Shown: positions 1-16,430, counted from the stretch's first letter. The stretch is 64,000 nucleotides of DNA from the human T2T-CHM13v2.0 reference genome, Homo sapiens (GCF_009914755.1 NC_060933.1); one strand, 5' to 3'. The notes: a model not told the origin generated them from the sequence alone. Translations and numbers: made by a program.

Positions 1-902
1 AGGGGATGTGGATACAAGATGATGCTATTTCCTTTCTAAGTCATGTTTTCTCGATTGGCAGATTGGTCTCATAGGACCTCTACTCTGTTGTGCAGAATGC
101 CCTTTAAAACGATGAGCTATCTTTGAAAACATGACTGGCAAAGCGCGACCCAGCAAGTCACAGTTTCCATCACAGTGACACATAGGCCTGATTAGCACAT
201 TTCCCGGGCACCAGCTGATTTTTCCACAGAAGCAAGGCACCTGGGAGCAGATAACAGCAACAGAAATGACAGCAGCCCTTGGGCAGGGAACAGAAATCAG
301 AAGACAGACCTCTGGGTCCTTGCTTCATAAGGGAAATCATTTCTCCTAACTGTTTTTAAAATGAAGGGTAATGGTTTGGATGTAGGGTGATGACCATTGT
401 AAGAATTCTATTAGCTGAGCAGTTGTTATTCTTTTTTTTTTTTTAAAGAAGGCTAAGACAAGGCCATAGATTTAGATTAACTTGCTTGGCTCTTTTATTA
501 TTCTCCTTTATTATTAAACTTCCTCAGCATAATGTGATTTGGGCAGACAGAGATGTTATCCTGTGGCTTATTGTTGGCCTATATTCTCTACCAAAATATA
601 GCTAAACTATTGAGCGCAGAGACCCAATGCCTAATACAGTGCCTTGTATAGAATAAGTGCCCAATATGCATTTGTGGAATAAATGTGTTCTTTATAATCA
701 GGCAGAAGTAGTATGTTCATGGAAGAAACATTTAAAACTACTAGTGATAGTAACAAAATCGACTTCAGGGTCATTTCTTTTGCTTTTGTTGCTTAATTAC
801 AGTTTATGCCTTTTTTCCAGCCTCAATAAATTTTAAAAAGAATTGGTTTAGTACATTATTATTTTCTTCTAGTAATTTTTTGTTTAGTTTTTTTTTTTTT
901 AA

Positions 903-1182
<280 letters not shown>

Positions 1183-1248
1183 AAGTTTTATTTTTATAGA
1201 GTCTAATTTAGTATATCCCTGCTTCCTAGAAAAATAAAATACTCTGAG

Positions 1249-1612
<364 letters not shown>

Positions 1613-2556
1613 CTAATGGAAGCTCCTTCCAGATGAAGGAGAAAAAGCATATGAACAAGTGAAAGGTGTTAAAAACTACATGTGCCCTTGCATAGGATCT
1701 GATTTCATTTTTTAGTGCAAAAGTAAGACTGTAGACATTACTTCATTCTGGGCAAAATGCTACTCTCTGGCCTGCCCAATAGACTAGCTCTCTGACATTC
1801 TCTTTCTTTTGACTTTGTGTGGGAAATTCCAGGAAAAAGCCAAGATCTGAGAGTCCAGACCCTCCTGTGTGCAACTGAAAGCCAACTTTTCAAATGAGCA
1901 GTACTATTTAGACTGCTCCCATAGTATGCAACCAGGAATTACGTATGAGGAAATGGTAAATTAAGAGGCATTTAGGAATGGTTATGATTAAGTATTTTCC
2001 TCACAAAGAAAGAATGCAAAGTAGAGAAAGCTCCTTGTTTCTAGAACTAGGGAAACTTTATTCCACGCCAGTACACATACATTCCTATGTTTTTAAGGGT
2101 AAACGTATTAATCTTTTCCCATTAGAAAGATGCCGGTGAGCCAGTAATTTCTAAATCTGTGTCAGTTAATTCTTTTGTTTTGTGATTTGTTGTTGACTAG
2201 TTCTTGCTTACCCTCCTGGCACTGCGCTTACTGTACACGACATATGTGAAAGTCATCATGGTTTCTTTCAGACATTGATGATTCTGGCAGGCATGTATAT
2301 ACCAGTTCTCATTGCTGTGGATTTTTGTCTTGGACTTGACATTCATGAATGTTCCATGTGAGTAAAGCACTCAAGTTTACCTGTGACCACCTGGAGCAGT
2401 ATGATTTGGTGTCCAGTTAGCTGATCCAGCTTAAGGGGAACTGGGTCACCTGCATTGAAGGTCAGAGTGGCCGGTGAGACTTGAATAACAAGCCTGGTGG
2501 GGCATATTCCTTTAGGTATCCCGTTAGCCAACAAGGAAAACCTATAGAGGCGCTTG

Positions 2557-2575
2557 TGTTCAGCAGATGGCGCTC
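2557..2575 (+). promoter_or_regulatory. Candidate CTCF binding motif
   Basis: tcagcagatggcgc matches the core CCASYAGRKGGCRS at all but the first position. Confidence 0.6.
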
Positions 2576-3945
2576 TTTTACCTAGTTCACAAGAATGATC
2601 TTGAAGGTCATTCTCTCTTGCCTCTCCTGTGCCTGAGGCGGTACCATGTTGCAGGCAAGGAAAACCGAAGCCTTGCTGGGTAGCATCAGTGCTTGCAAAG
2701 TGGTGGCCTGACCTGGCACATTGCCCTGGTTAGGCAATGCTGGTGCCCAGGGCGTCTTACTGTCTCGTTTGTTCTGGTGCCAGTTACAACCCTTGAGCAA
2801 CTGCGGAGAAGAACTAACAAGAGACAGTCACGCTATGGGTATTCACGAGGGTGGCACTCACTTAGAAAACTGGAAGGTGTAGACGCGGCATCTGCAAAGT
2901 CCTGACAGAAAGCTAGTTTGCTGAAAGACCCAAGCAGTGGAGAAGGAGGCCAGGAGGGGAAGAGCAGCCAAAATGGGGAGCTCTCTCTCCTTTTCGTGAA
3001 TGTATTATATTTATTGTACAGATGTATGTATATTATATATTTAAAATATATGATATATACATTCTCTATAGTATGTCTGTATACACTTATAAGTGTACAT
3101 GTTTCTGAATATACATATTCCTGTAAACATTGTTAGGCATCTTTAATTTGTGATACAAAGATGTTCCAAAGTAATCATAACATATATAATAGTTTGGATA
3201 GGAATTGCTGAAATAAGGAATTGTGGTTAGAGAAAGAAACAATTTTGAGGTAGCAAAGTAGCAGGGGCTACTGAAGGATTGAGGAAAGAAAGATTATATG
3301 TTAAATAAAAGCACGTATCAATTTGATATTTCCGAATGCTTCATGCTGTTTGTCTAACCTATAGTGGAGAGGTTGAAAAAGTAAAATGGATGGTTTTCAT
3401 AGGAAGAATTTAAGTGCCTGTTTTAATTTGCAGTGAAAACAATAACTCTTTAATATGAGAAGTTCCATGAGATGCTTAACTTGGCAGAGCTATGATCTAA
3501 CTTAGCCTCTGCACAAGCAGAGTGGTTATGTGTGTGTGGTTATAGCTGTGCTTTTAATTATATTAAGTGAGTTTATCCAAGACTCACCTACTAATAGGAC
3601 ACTGACTTTTCATAAATTTCTTATTTAATTTACTATTGGTAGGCATGACTGATGTGTAAAAATGACTACCGTATCTTGATTTTTCTTCTCTTAAAATTTT
3701 TTATGAAAAATGATTATCTCAGCTAAGTTTCTCACAGGTTTAGTATAAAAAGTTCTCTCTCCTCTCATGAACTGACTACTCCTTCATGTTCTTCCTTTTT
3801 CCCTCTTCACTGAGAATTATTCTTCCTCCTGTGGAAAATAGAATCTTCAAAACTATTCACAGGACAGTTTTTAGAAGTCATTGAAAAAATAATTAAGATA
3901 ACTGTTTTAACACTCTTTAGTTATGATACTTATTTTCAAAATTAA

Positions 3946-4580
<635 letters not shown>

Positions 4581-5484
4581 TAAATTTTAAACTGCCTCTT
4601 GTGATTTGAAAATTGATCCATTTCAAGTTCTGTTATAGCTGCAAAAAGCACAGTCATCTAAGGAAAATTTCAGTCCTGTTGTGGAGATGAAAATGTCTAT
4701 TTGGGTCTTGTAACAGCTGTTATTGTCAATACGTCATACGATACATGTATCTTACTAGTGAGACAACTGAAGTATGAGAGTTTTTCCCCCTAAATACAGT
4801 CCAATAGGAGAAAGTGATGTAGGGGCGTTAGAGAACTCTGGTCTCTTTCTGAGGAGGTCAGAAGTCCAGCTTTACAGAATCTGCCCAGAAAGAAGGGCAA
4901 GCTGGGTGGCGGCTTGTGCCTGAAGTTAAGGAGTGCTGTTTCCTCTGCATCCCTTCCTACCAACCCTCTCTGTTAGTCTTGCTAATGAATCGCGACCTGG
5001 CTGTGAAATCATCCAGTGGTGTGAGGGGTTTCTGGCCTCTGCAGAGGAAAAACTCTGGGTTAATTCAAGTACAGTGTGTTCTCTTTGTTTTGCAGCTGGT
5101 GTAGCAAAGGGAGTCTAGTGCAAGTGGATTGAATCAAAAGGAAAATGAAGGCATTCACTGTCTGTTTCATCAAGGATGGCTCATTTAAAGTAAACACCAT
5201 TTAAATAGTCTCCAAATGGCCCATTCTATATGAAGTCATACAGGATGCCCCCTTTAGGCTGTCATTCTCCTTTAAATGGATCGCTTTGTGTGGACTGTGT
5301 TTTAATGCCATTCAACCTTGAACTCCATATGTGGGCCTCATCAGGTCGCGGTTTTCAGTACACATGTGGCAGCCATACCTTCAGCATTCTTTGCCTTTGC
5401 CTTCAGAAAATTAGCCTGAGTGAGCATCAAGGGTAGACAGCTGTAAAGATGAGAGCTTGCAGATGAAGACTACAACAACAACAG

Positions 5485-5720
5485 ATGATGACAGCACCTA
5501 ATGTTTCTTGAACACTTACTTTGTGCCAATTATTATGCCTAGTGATCACTCTATAGATTATCTAATTTAATCCTAACTTAATCCTCACAGCAAGATACTA
5601 TGATAATTCTCTTGTTATACATGAGGAAACTGATGCATTAGAGAAATTAAGTGATGTGCCCAAACTGGTAAATGCAGAGCAGGGAATTGAACCCTAGCTG
5701 TCAGATTCCAGAGGTGGAAC
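5485..5720 (-). mobile_element. MIR
   Basis: MIR core atgaggaaactga...agagaaattaagtga...cccaa...gaattgaaccc. Confidence 0.75.
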
Positions 5721-7029
5721 TCAATGAATGGACATATCCAAAAGCAATAAACTCTCATTAATTCTCTTGCAAGGTAGGCTTATTCCAAACAATAGACAAT
5801 CCTGAAATTATTTATCTTTGTTTTGGGAATGCATGCTCTGCTTTCTGGGGCAGTATTTCCACCTTATTCTTTGCAATTTTTGTAGGCTGATTGGAAGATA
5901 AGGTTAGGTGTTGTTCCCTGTGGCAGTGGGCAGTCTTCATGTAAGATTGGGCTCATTGGAATAATCCATGAAGAGACAACTCAAAAGAGACTTTTCTATC
6001 AAATGAGGATACTAGAAACATCCTCATAGCAGGGAACTAATGAAAATCTTCTCCAGAGCACTAGCAGCGCTCCATGATCTCAGCGCTGGCTCCAGCATTC
6101 AACCAGGATCCAGGCAAGAAGCCCAGGGCCAGACTCTAGTGAGAAGCTTCTGAGAAGAGTTTGACAAGGAATTGGGTTTCTGGCTGGTTCTTATTTGGCC
6201 CAGCCAATTGATCTGCCCCGATTTGACTGTCACTTGGTAGCCAAGAAACCTTTTTGCTTTTAAAAGCTTGAAGTCTGAAACAGTTGATTCCAAATGAGCT
6301 CTACTAAGTAGAGGAACTTTAGGAATCTAAGAAAATAAAAAAAAACTTGCGCGCTGTATAGGAGGAAATCATCTTGAGCACTTAAAGTATGAATTTGTGT
6401 GATATTTAAAAACCAATTATTTTATTTCCATTATTGAACTTCAGAGAAGACTGTGAGGAAACAATGACAGTTTTAACATATTTTTATTGGACTCACCTCA
6501 GGTTCTGTTACCACTATTGCTATCTCACTCTCAAACTCTGGGTCATTTACGGTTTCTGACTTTTTAATTGCTAATCTCCATTTCTCTCCCCTGCCACATC
6601 CTGCTGTGACTTCCGGTGTCTTCCCCATGTCACCTTGAGAGTGCAGACATGCTGATGAAGGTGCTGGGTTGTGATGGGATTGGGCGCTCTACGTGGATTT
6701 CTATTGACCTTGTGCAGGGATCTAACAAATACCTCTACTCCATTAGCAGTGTTTTCTCTTGGAAGTAAGTTTCAGTTTCTGCTGTTTCCACAAGTATCAT
6801 CTTGCCCATGGACTACGTGGATGGTACAAGAACCAGACAGGCAGCAAGAAAATCAGGTCAAAAATTCAACGCAAATGTAGGGAGAAAGCCTGTTGTGCGT
6901 AGTGCTTCATTCTTAAAAGGATTTCTTAATAGGCTAGTGCCTGCTCCTTATCTCTAAATTGCTTCTTTCTTCTGAGTTATATTTCATCATTTTAATAGTA
7001 CCTTGGTACCAGACGTGTTATTCTTTTTC

Positions 7030-8600
7030 TGTTAAGATTACCTTTTAATTAATTGATTAGTTCAATTATTTTACATTAAATATGCAATATTTAAAGAGTC
7101 AAGTAATTCTGATGGGTTTATTATACCCGTTTTCCCAAGCAGCAGTCCTTTGTAATCTCTCTTCCTCCATTTTTCCTGCTTTTTAGAAGTAACCACTTTT
7201 ACCTCTTTCGGCTGATTACTTGATATTTACCTGCATGTCCTTCAGTAAGATGCTTTATTGTTCAGGGTTGTTCTTCCCACTATGGCAGGTAAGTAATTTA
7301 GCTGTCCTCCTCCCTCCCCAAACTCCATCATACACAAGCCCCCTTCCTAAAATCCTGTCTTCTCAATGTAATTAATATCATAATGTTGATTAGATCAGTA
7401 TTCTTCATTTATATTATTATTATTTTTGACATAGGGTCTTCCTCTGTCGCCCAGGCTGGAGTGTAGTGGTGTGATCACAGCTCTACTGCAGCCTGACCTC
7501 CTGGGCCCAAGTGATCCTCCTACCTCAGCCTCCCAAGTACGTGGGATCACAGGCAGGCACCACCAATGCACCTGGCTAATAAAAAAAAATTTTTTTTTGT
7601 AGAGATGGGATCCCCCTGTGTTGCCCAGGCTGGTCTTGAACTATTGGTCTCATGTGATCCTTTTACCTAGGCCTCCCAAAGTGCTAGGATCACACCACAT
7701 CCGGCCTTCATTTATATCATTATATTTTTGTGTGTTATTAAGAGCTAAGCCTTGTAGCAAAACTGTGACTTATTATTTTTGTACATGTTAATTTTTTTCT
7801 TGGTTGGAATTAATAATTGTCTTATGCTTTGTTTTTTTTTTTTCCCATTTGCTTGTCCTTTTGGATCTTGATTTTCTAATAGAGGCTTTCTAGGGATGGC
7901 TGGAAGCTTGCATGCAAGCATTCAGGAGCAGGGGACTGAAATATGAATTGGAAGCTGTGAATACATTTGGAGGGCTTGTCAACCATCAGCTTCACCATAG
8001 ACTGATTTCTTAAGCTAATCCCCTTCTTTCAGTCTCTTGCCTAGACAGTGAAAGCCTGGCTGTCAGCCTTCTGGAACCAAATAAGGGAGGATGGCTGGTG
8101 GCCTCAGCATCCTATGTGCATGTATTCATCTAATTCCATTCACTTGCCTTCAACTGTGCCATTTCTCCTCCAGCACCACAGCTGCCAGTTCAGAGGCCCT
8201 CCCTTTAGTCTTTCTAGAAAATAAACTTCCAGTTATTTGTTGGGATATGTGTGGGATGGGCAAATAGCCCAGGTGTGCAGGGCTGGGGAGACCATCTGTG
8301 GATCTGACCACTTCTTAGATGTGCAGCTGGGCCTGCTTAGTTTAGCATTTCCTCTACCCTAGAGCCTTTTGGAGCTTCTAAGGGGTAAAATGAGGTGGGT
8401 CTTATCTTTCCCTACTGCCAACTTAGGATTCAGGTCTGGATTCAGGTCTGCTGTGTCATTTGCCACTCTGCCATCTGCATTCTAGCTTCCAGTATTCTGC
8501 AGGAATTGTCTCCTGCTTTATTCTCTCTCTCCTTGTTGGTTCATGTCTTTAGAAAAGAAGTTCTTTTACTGTTCCTGAATAGAGTCTGGGGAGGAAGCAA
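7030..8600 (-). mobile_element. Very old L1M/HAL1-like remnants, interrupted by an AluJ
   Basis: Weak similarity to ancient L1 3' end motifs (agtaaccactttt) and to 5' region motifs. Confidence 0.35.
7412..7706 (-). mobile_element. AluJ-like
   Basis: J-type gatcctcctacctcagcc. TSD ttcatttatat. Confidence 0.92.
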
Positions 8601-9115
8601 AGGTGGCCTCGGCCTCATACAGTTAAACCTCTCTTTTTACCTGAAAGCCTCACCATTGCTGCTTATTTACTGAGCTGCCAAGGGTCTGAATTTTTAAAAA
8701 GGAAATTCTAATGGTTCTTGGTAAACTCTAAAATGTACTTCAGAGAAGGAATGACAGACCACAGCCCTTTGATTAAGAAAATGTGTTTTTTTTAGGATTT
8801 TTTTTTTAAACCAGAGGCTTTCAAAAGATTTAGTTCCTTACCCATAACTTCTTGCTTCTTCTTCCATCTGCACGCTCCTTTCTGCCTGCTTCAGCTCTCA
8901 TTATGTTTCCAGTAGAAAATGTAAGTTTTTATGGAGCAGTCATGGGAGACATTGGGTTCCAGGTAATGTAGGTAGTTACGGAAAGACAGAAAAATGGGAG
9001 AGGTGGAGTCCCTATAGCCCATCATGTCATATCCATGTCATTCTTTCATCAAGACGTCTGTGACTGTCCCTACCTCCTTCTACTGGCTTGGAATCAGAGC
9101 AGTGATTCTCTTTGA

Positions 9116-9813
<698 letters not shown>

Positions 9814-10178
9814 TAGCTACAAAGAGAGGGATCTCAAGAGTGGCCCTTCTGGTTCCAGAAGCAGGGTGCAGCTTCCAGGCAAGTTGGAGAGAATGGCTGG
9901 CTCTGGTGGGTTTCCAGCAGTTCTGAGCACATCTTTTGTCTCTCTCTTTCAAGTAACTCTCTTCATGGCTTCCAGACTTGAATCTCACCGAAATATTATT
10001 TATTTTTTACTAAGTCCTACCTTCCTGAGTTCAGAATTTGTTTTGAGATAGACAAAGGAACCATGCACGTGGAGATCAAAATCTAATCTCTATTATTGGT
10101 TTTTAGTGGTAAAGCACTTTAAAAAATGTCATGTTAGGTCTGCTGGCCAGTAGGGGCATGTTAATATTTCAGCTCTGA

Positions 10179-10247
10179 ATTTGACATCCAATCACCGACC
10201 AAATTGGACAACCACAGGCCAATTTGGTCAGTGATTGGATGTCAAAT
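10179..10247. repeat. Inverted repeat with 29-bp arms (1 mismatch) and an 11-nt loop
   Basis: atttgacatccaatcaccgaccaaattgg / acaaccacagg / ccaatttggtcagtgattggatgtcaaat. Confidence 0.97.
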
Positions 10248-10402
10248 GTGTTTAACCCTCTAAAACTTAAAGCAAGAGAAGGAATAATAGCTCCTGTAAA
10301 GGAGTTTGTGAAGGGACTGAAAGAGAGATTTACGCTAACAGAAGTTCCTCCCTATGGGAACATGAGGAGTGGAGAAATGTGTTCCATAATATAAAGTGAT
10401 AT

Positions 10403-11180
10403 CCCATAGCAAAGACATTGAATCAACTTAAATGCCCATCGATGTTAGACTGAATAAAGAAAATGTAGCACATATATACCATAGAATACTATGCAATCAT
10501 AAAAAAGAATGAGATAATGTCCTTTGCAGCAACATGGATGGGGCTGGAGGTCATTATCCTAAGTGAACTAACACAGCATCAGAAAACCAAATACTGCATG
10601 TTCTTACTTATAAGTGGGAGGTGAACACTGAGTACACATGGATACAAAGAAGGGAACAACAGACACCAGGGCCTGCTTGAGGGTGGAGGGTGGGAGGAGG
10701 GTGAGGACAGAAAAACTACCTATCAGGCTGGGCACAGTAGCTCAAGCCTGTAATTCCAGCACTTCAGGAGGCCAAGGTGGGAGGACTGCTTGAGCCCAGG
10801 AGTTCAAGACTAGCCTGAGCAACATAGTGAGAACCTGTCTCTCAAAAAAAAAAAAAATGTAAGCTGTGTGTGGTGGCACATACCTGTAGTCCCAGCTACT
10901 TTGGAAGGTGAGGTGGGAGAATCACTTGAGACATTGGATATTGGGTATACAAGAGGTTGAGCTGCAGTGAACTGTGATCACGCCACTGCATTCCAACCTG
11001 GGCAACAGAGCGCGACCCTGTCTCAAAAAAGAAAAACTACCTATCGGGTACTATGCTTATTACCTGGGTAACAAAATAATCTATACACTAAACCTACCCC
11101 TACCCTGCCTCATGATGCAGTTTATCCAAGTTTGTTATACAAACTTGCACCTGAACCTAAAATAAAAGTTAAAAAAAAAG
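10403..11180 (+). mobile_element. L1 3' end (old L1PA/L1PB-like), split by an AluJ
   Basis: aaatgcccatc...gcagcaacatggatgg...cttataagtgggag...aataaaagttaaaaaa. Confidence 0.9.
10726..11030 (+). mobile_element. AluJ nested in L1
   Basis: TSD gaaaaactacctatc at 10710-10724 and 11031-11045. Confidence 0.93.
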
Positions 11181-12104
11181 ATGATATAAATTCTGCTTAA
11201 GACACACGATTAATGTATAGCAGATGCTCGGAAAATATACCATTGTTAAATCAGGTTGTATGACACATTCAGATTTCAGAAACATGAAAATTATTTTTAC
11301 ATCTCAGAAATGAGGGGAGTATAGTGTTACAAATTATCAGCCATTCATTCCTTTGATAAAAAGCCTCTAAGGTTTGGACCAAGTGGAGAGTACACCCTCA
11401 ACTGGAATGGGGAGCCCCAGCTCTAATCCTGGTCCTGTTACAAACTAGTTAGGAGTCCTTGGCTCCGTTAAACCTCTACACGTGCTTTTCATCTGCTCAG
11501 CAAGGAGTGGAAGACCAGCTAAACAGATAACAGGGACTAAGGGTAAGACCTGAACTCCCACAGCTAATTAATTTCAGAGTTGGGATGAAAACCCAAGTGT
11601 CTCCCTTCCCTAGTCTCATGTGTTTTCTACTATATTCATTTTATATTGCCTTGAATTGAATTTGGACAAGATAGTTACAGCACAAAGCAATCACTGCTTT
11701 GCTCACTCTTTCACTCATTCAACAGGTATCAATTGAGCATTTTTTTTAATGCTAAATACTGTGTTGGATGAATGAGACGTATTCTGTCTCTGTAGGAGCA
11801 TACAGCCTGTGGCCTTCTGTGTTTACAGCTGTGAGGGACCCCCTGCACTACCACCCTCACGTGAAGGGCTTCAAACTGATCCGTGGAAGAGACCCAGACC
11901 TTCCTGGTTGCCTTGAAGCCATCATCCCTCCTGTGCTTTCCCTGAGCCCTGAAATGTGCCCTTTCTGCTGACGTGACCGACCTCCAAGAGTTGGCTCTTA
12001 CCAGCTTATCACAAAAGCTCTTCAAGTGCCTCGAGAAGAAATTATACAGCAGAGCCCAGGATCATATATTGGCCTCATTATGGTTTTTCTCTTCCTGTTT
12101 ACAG

Positions 12105-12258
12105 AGTGCTCAAGCTGGTATTACTATGTAACTATGCCAATGCCAGCCTCCACCTTCACAATTGCAGTGGGATGCTGGACAGAAATGAAGATGGAGACAT
12201 GGTCATCAAATGATTTGGCAACAGAGAGACCCTTCTCACCTTCTGAGGCCAACTTCAG
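12105..12258 (+). CDS. AOPEP: Internal coding exon (154 bp) of aminopeptidase O
   Basis: Polypyrimidine tract plus acceptor ttcctgtttacag|AG at 12104/12105 and donor TTCAG|gtttgt at 12258/12259. Translates (E)CSSWYYYVTMPMPASTFTIAVGCWTEMKMETWSSNDLATERPFSPSEANF(R), recognised as AOPEP. Its phase-2 end joins the next exon in frame (AG+G = Arg). Confidence 0.95.
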
Positions 12259-12423
12259 GTTTGTGTTTGGGGACTTGCTGGGAAGGAAAAAAAAAAAAAC
12301 ACTTGAGGGAGCGGTATGATGCATTTCTTCCAAGCACTGGGAATGTGAGTCATTCCTGCTGAGAAACTAAACCAAAATAGGATTAATCAAAGCAGGAAAA
12401 GCCCTATTAGAAAGGAAAGAGAG

Positions 12424-13141
<718 letters not shown>

Positions 13142-14254
13142 TTATATGTGTTTGGCTAAATTCAAGGAATCCTCAGATTCAATGCCTCCTCTCCTCCCAT
13201 ACCTTTTAAGTTTGGTTTTCAGTGCTTATGTGGTCAAAAACATAGCTTCTGATGGATTACTTTCTATGCTACTCTGCTGTTTTGGTTGTACCAACTGCTG
13301 TTAGCGGTGCACTGTAGGGACAGCATCTCCCTCAGTGGGGCTAGTCGCCGCTTTAGGAGCACAGGACACAAGGAAACTGATGCAAAGCCCTTGGGTTAAG
13401 GGAATCCTGCTTGGTCAGGGCTTTGTTAACATCAGTAGTGATTTCTTTCTTTTTTGAAGTATGAACCAGATAAAATCATTTTGAGGCTTTAAAAAATTAC
13501 TATAGGCCATTGGATATTTACTGGCAGCCTGTCTAGATGTTCAATGGTTTCTAGCTTTGAGAGCCAAAAGAGGGAGAAGGGGGACGCTGAGAAGGTGCAC
13601 AGCACATGCATCATGCTGCACTCCCAGGATTTTATACCCGGCTCAATTGTGTCATTTTTCCTATTGACAGACAGTCACTAAGTCAGTACCTTCTGGTGGA
13701 GAAAGCCCAGGGTAATGGTAGAGATGATTAGTTACTCCTTGAAAACCAGCTAAGGTATACTCCTAATGCAGATTCCTTTTGTGTTGGTTTTATTTTGTCA
13801 TGCTGCTTTTACTAGTACCACAGTAACTGTGGCAGTTGGTCTTCATCTTTCAGAGATGAAGCTATGTTCTCTCTCTTCTGATGGGCATGTATTATTGCCT
13901 GCATTTTTCCTTTTTTGGCAGAAGGGAGGTAATTTCCACTTCCTGTTCAGTAGCTTGCCTATTTTGGACTGTCTTTCCTGAGCTATATGAACATCCTAGA
14001 TTGCGTATTAGATTTTACTTCTGTATTCTTGAGGGAAGAAGGGAATTGTGGGCAGAAGTGACATATTCTAGTTTCATGTGGGAACTTTAATTGCATGTGA
14101 GATCCTCCTGTGCTCTCTTTCCTGCAGTACAAAACAGAGCCTACAAAACAGAGGAGGCTTTGTTTTGTAATTTCAGGTGGTCTGAATTTCTGAGTGAGGA
14201 TGACAGGTGGTCTGGAGAGTCACTTAGATCTACAGTGGACTTGGTATTAGCAAG

Positions 14255-14338
14255 AAGCACACTGTTTTGTGTTAAGCCACTGAAACACCAGGGTTGTTTG
14301 TTACTGCAGCATATCCTAGCCTATCCTGAATTGATACA
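14255..14338 (+). mobile_element. MLT1 (ERVL-MaLR) LTR 3' fragment
   Basis: tgttaagccactgaaa...ttgtttgttactgcagcata.cctagcctatcctga..gataca. Confidence 0.75.
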
Positions 14339-14379
14339 GTAGCCATTAGTTGTTCCAAGTCAGAAACTAAGTCTTGATC

Positions 14380-14540
14380 TAAATATAATCTCATTTAGTC
14401 CTAAGGATAAGCCTGCAAAACAGATTGGATAGATTATTATTCCCATTTTATAGATAAGGATATTGAAGCTCAGCAACTTGTTAACATTAATGTCCCTACT
14501 AAGTAGCAATACCTGGATTTATATCCAGGCCTGACCCCAG
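14380..14540 (-). mobile_element. MIR
   Basis: tattattcccattttatagataagga..ttgaagctcag. Confidence 0.7.
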
Positions 14541-16179
14541 AGAGAGGTGAGTCAGAATCTTACCTGGAGACTTTAAAAAACTGTATGTAACATTAATGCC
14601 TCACCTGGAGTCTGATCCACCTTCCCATCTGGAGAGTCACTGCCATGATTTGAGCCACCATTATTGACTGGAGTGTGTTGTGTTGGAACAGAAAACAGAA
14701 GTTGAGAGCAATGCCTTTGAGCCTGAAAGTGCCATTCTTGGTGGTTGGATATACCTCTTTGGACAAAGCCACACTTTCCTTATCTGTAGAATGAAGGCTT
14801 TGTCCATGGGTTCTCAAATTCTTGATGGTGAAGAAGTACTCTTCTCTTTTTCATCTAAGGCCTCAGCATTGATTGATTGTTAGAGGAGCTGTGCAGTTGG
14901 AAAATGTGTGCCTTTGGAAGGCTAGGGGAAGGCAAAGACAGACATTTGTTATTTTGCCTTTCTAGCCATATTCCAAAGAGATGTGGGGTTGAGGAGTGGG
15001 CAGCAGCCACTGACTCTGTGCTCTCTCCTTCCTGCTCAGAAGCAACTTAAATGGCTTCTCAGTTTTCTTGCATCCACTATTCTGAAAGGAGGAAGAAATG
15101 GTTAAATCAAATGAAGATTCTGGGAAGAGATGATGTCTAAAATTCCTGTCGGGCTTTAGGGGAAGAAGCAAGTACAACTCCTCTCTTGTCCTCCTAAATT
15201 CACCAGTTGAGGAACAGACAGAGGAGATAAAAATAAAGGTTTTATTATTGACAGAAGCTGGACTGAAGGAATACTCAGGTGCATGGTCTCAGTGGGGTTT
15301 CTGAGACTCCATTTCCAAATGAGACAAATTTACCCACCCAGTTACCAGCCCAGCTGGACTGCTGCTGTCCTCTATAACACAGATGTAGAGTCCACCTGAC
15401 ACATGGCAGGGGCAGGCCCAAAGTGCACCCTCTGTGTGCAAGCAGATTCAAAAGAGAAAGCCTGGAATGGCCCAGCCAGTCAGGTAAGCTGGGGAGAGGT
15501 CCGGGTGCCACTCTAGGGAAGCGCGTCTTTCCATGGAACTGTGAGGACTGGTGAATGGGGTTCCTCCCATGCCCCCTTCCATGTCCAATAAACTGTGACT
15601 GAGTTTTCCCTTCCTTTATCAATATGCTTGTCCTTCAGGAATATGCTGCTGATAAAATCATAGCTTGCATTTGCTTAGTTCTGCCCTGGCTGTGCACTTC
15701 ATGTGTGCTGTCTTTAGCTGTCAGAAAGTGGCTTTGTTTTCATCCATTACATGTCTGACTGCATGCAAAGTTTGCCAGCAAAGGTGCTCTGAAGTGCCAG
15801 TCACAGTGGTGTTTTTGGTTATGTTCACATCTGGTCCCTTTTGCCTTCCCCAGCACCCGTTCTACTTCAAACCTTCCTAAGACCACCAATCAAATTCATG
15901 TAAATCCAACTTTCACAGGGGCCTGCTATACCACAGGTTTTCATTTGCCTAAAGTGCTCATCTGGGTTCCAGAAATTTGGCCAAAGTGTTGGTCACTGAA
16001 CTTTTATGATCAGTGTTCATGTGGGTAAAATTATAGTAAGAACATTCCCTCTTCCAGCTCCACTTTCACACATGCTCCAGCCACTCTGGGTGAGCATTTT
16101 AGTAAATACATTGATTATAAGGCTCTCAGATAAGCTGTTGAAAGTTTATTAATTTTATTCAGCTGTAGTATAACCTTCA

Positions 16180-16430
16180 GCCACAGGGGAATCTTTGTGT
16201 TATGTTTCTTTAACCTCTTGAGGCCTTTGTGGGGGCCATACAGTTTAAACACGACACAGAAACTTGGATAAAGTCCAAAGGAACTTAGCAAAAATGATTA
16301 AAGGCATGGAAAATGGGCACTACAAAGAAGAAAACACATTGAGACTGATTATTTGAAAGAAGAATCTGGTGGGGAACAGGTCTTCTTTAGAGTTGTAAAG
16401 TATATGAAAAGTTGCTTTGATAGGAAGTAC
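16180..16430 (+). mobile_element. CR1/L3 ORF2 fragment
   Basis: aaacttggataaagtccaaagga...aaaatgattaaaggcatggaaaat, typical of the CR1 ORF2 C-terminus. Confidence 0.55.

Noticed and set aside
3000-3130. AT-rich quasi-palindromic stretch
   Set aside because: Degenerate (TA)n simple repeat.
6065-6095. Small agcgct...agcgct hairpin (a similar one is at about 44900)
   Set aside because: Stems of 6-8 bp are within chance expectation.
12026-12319. 97-aa ORF as a standalone gene
   Set aside because: It is the 154-bp exon plus intronic extension.
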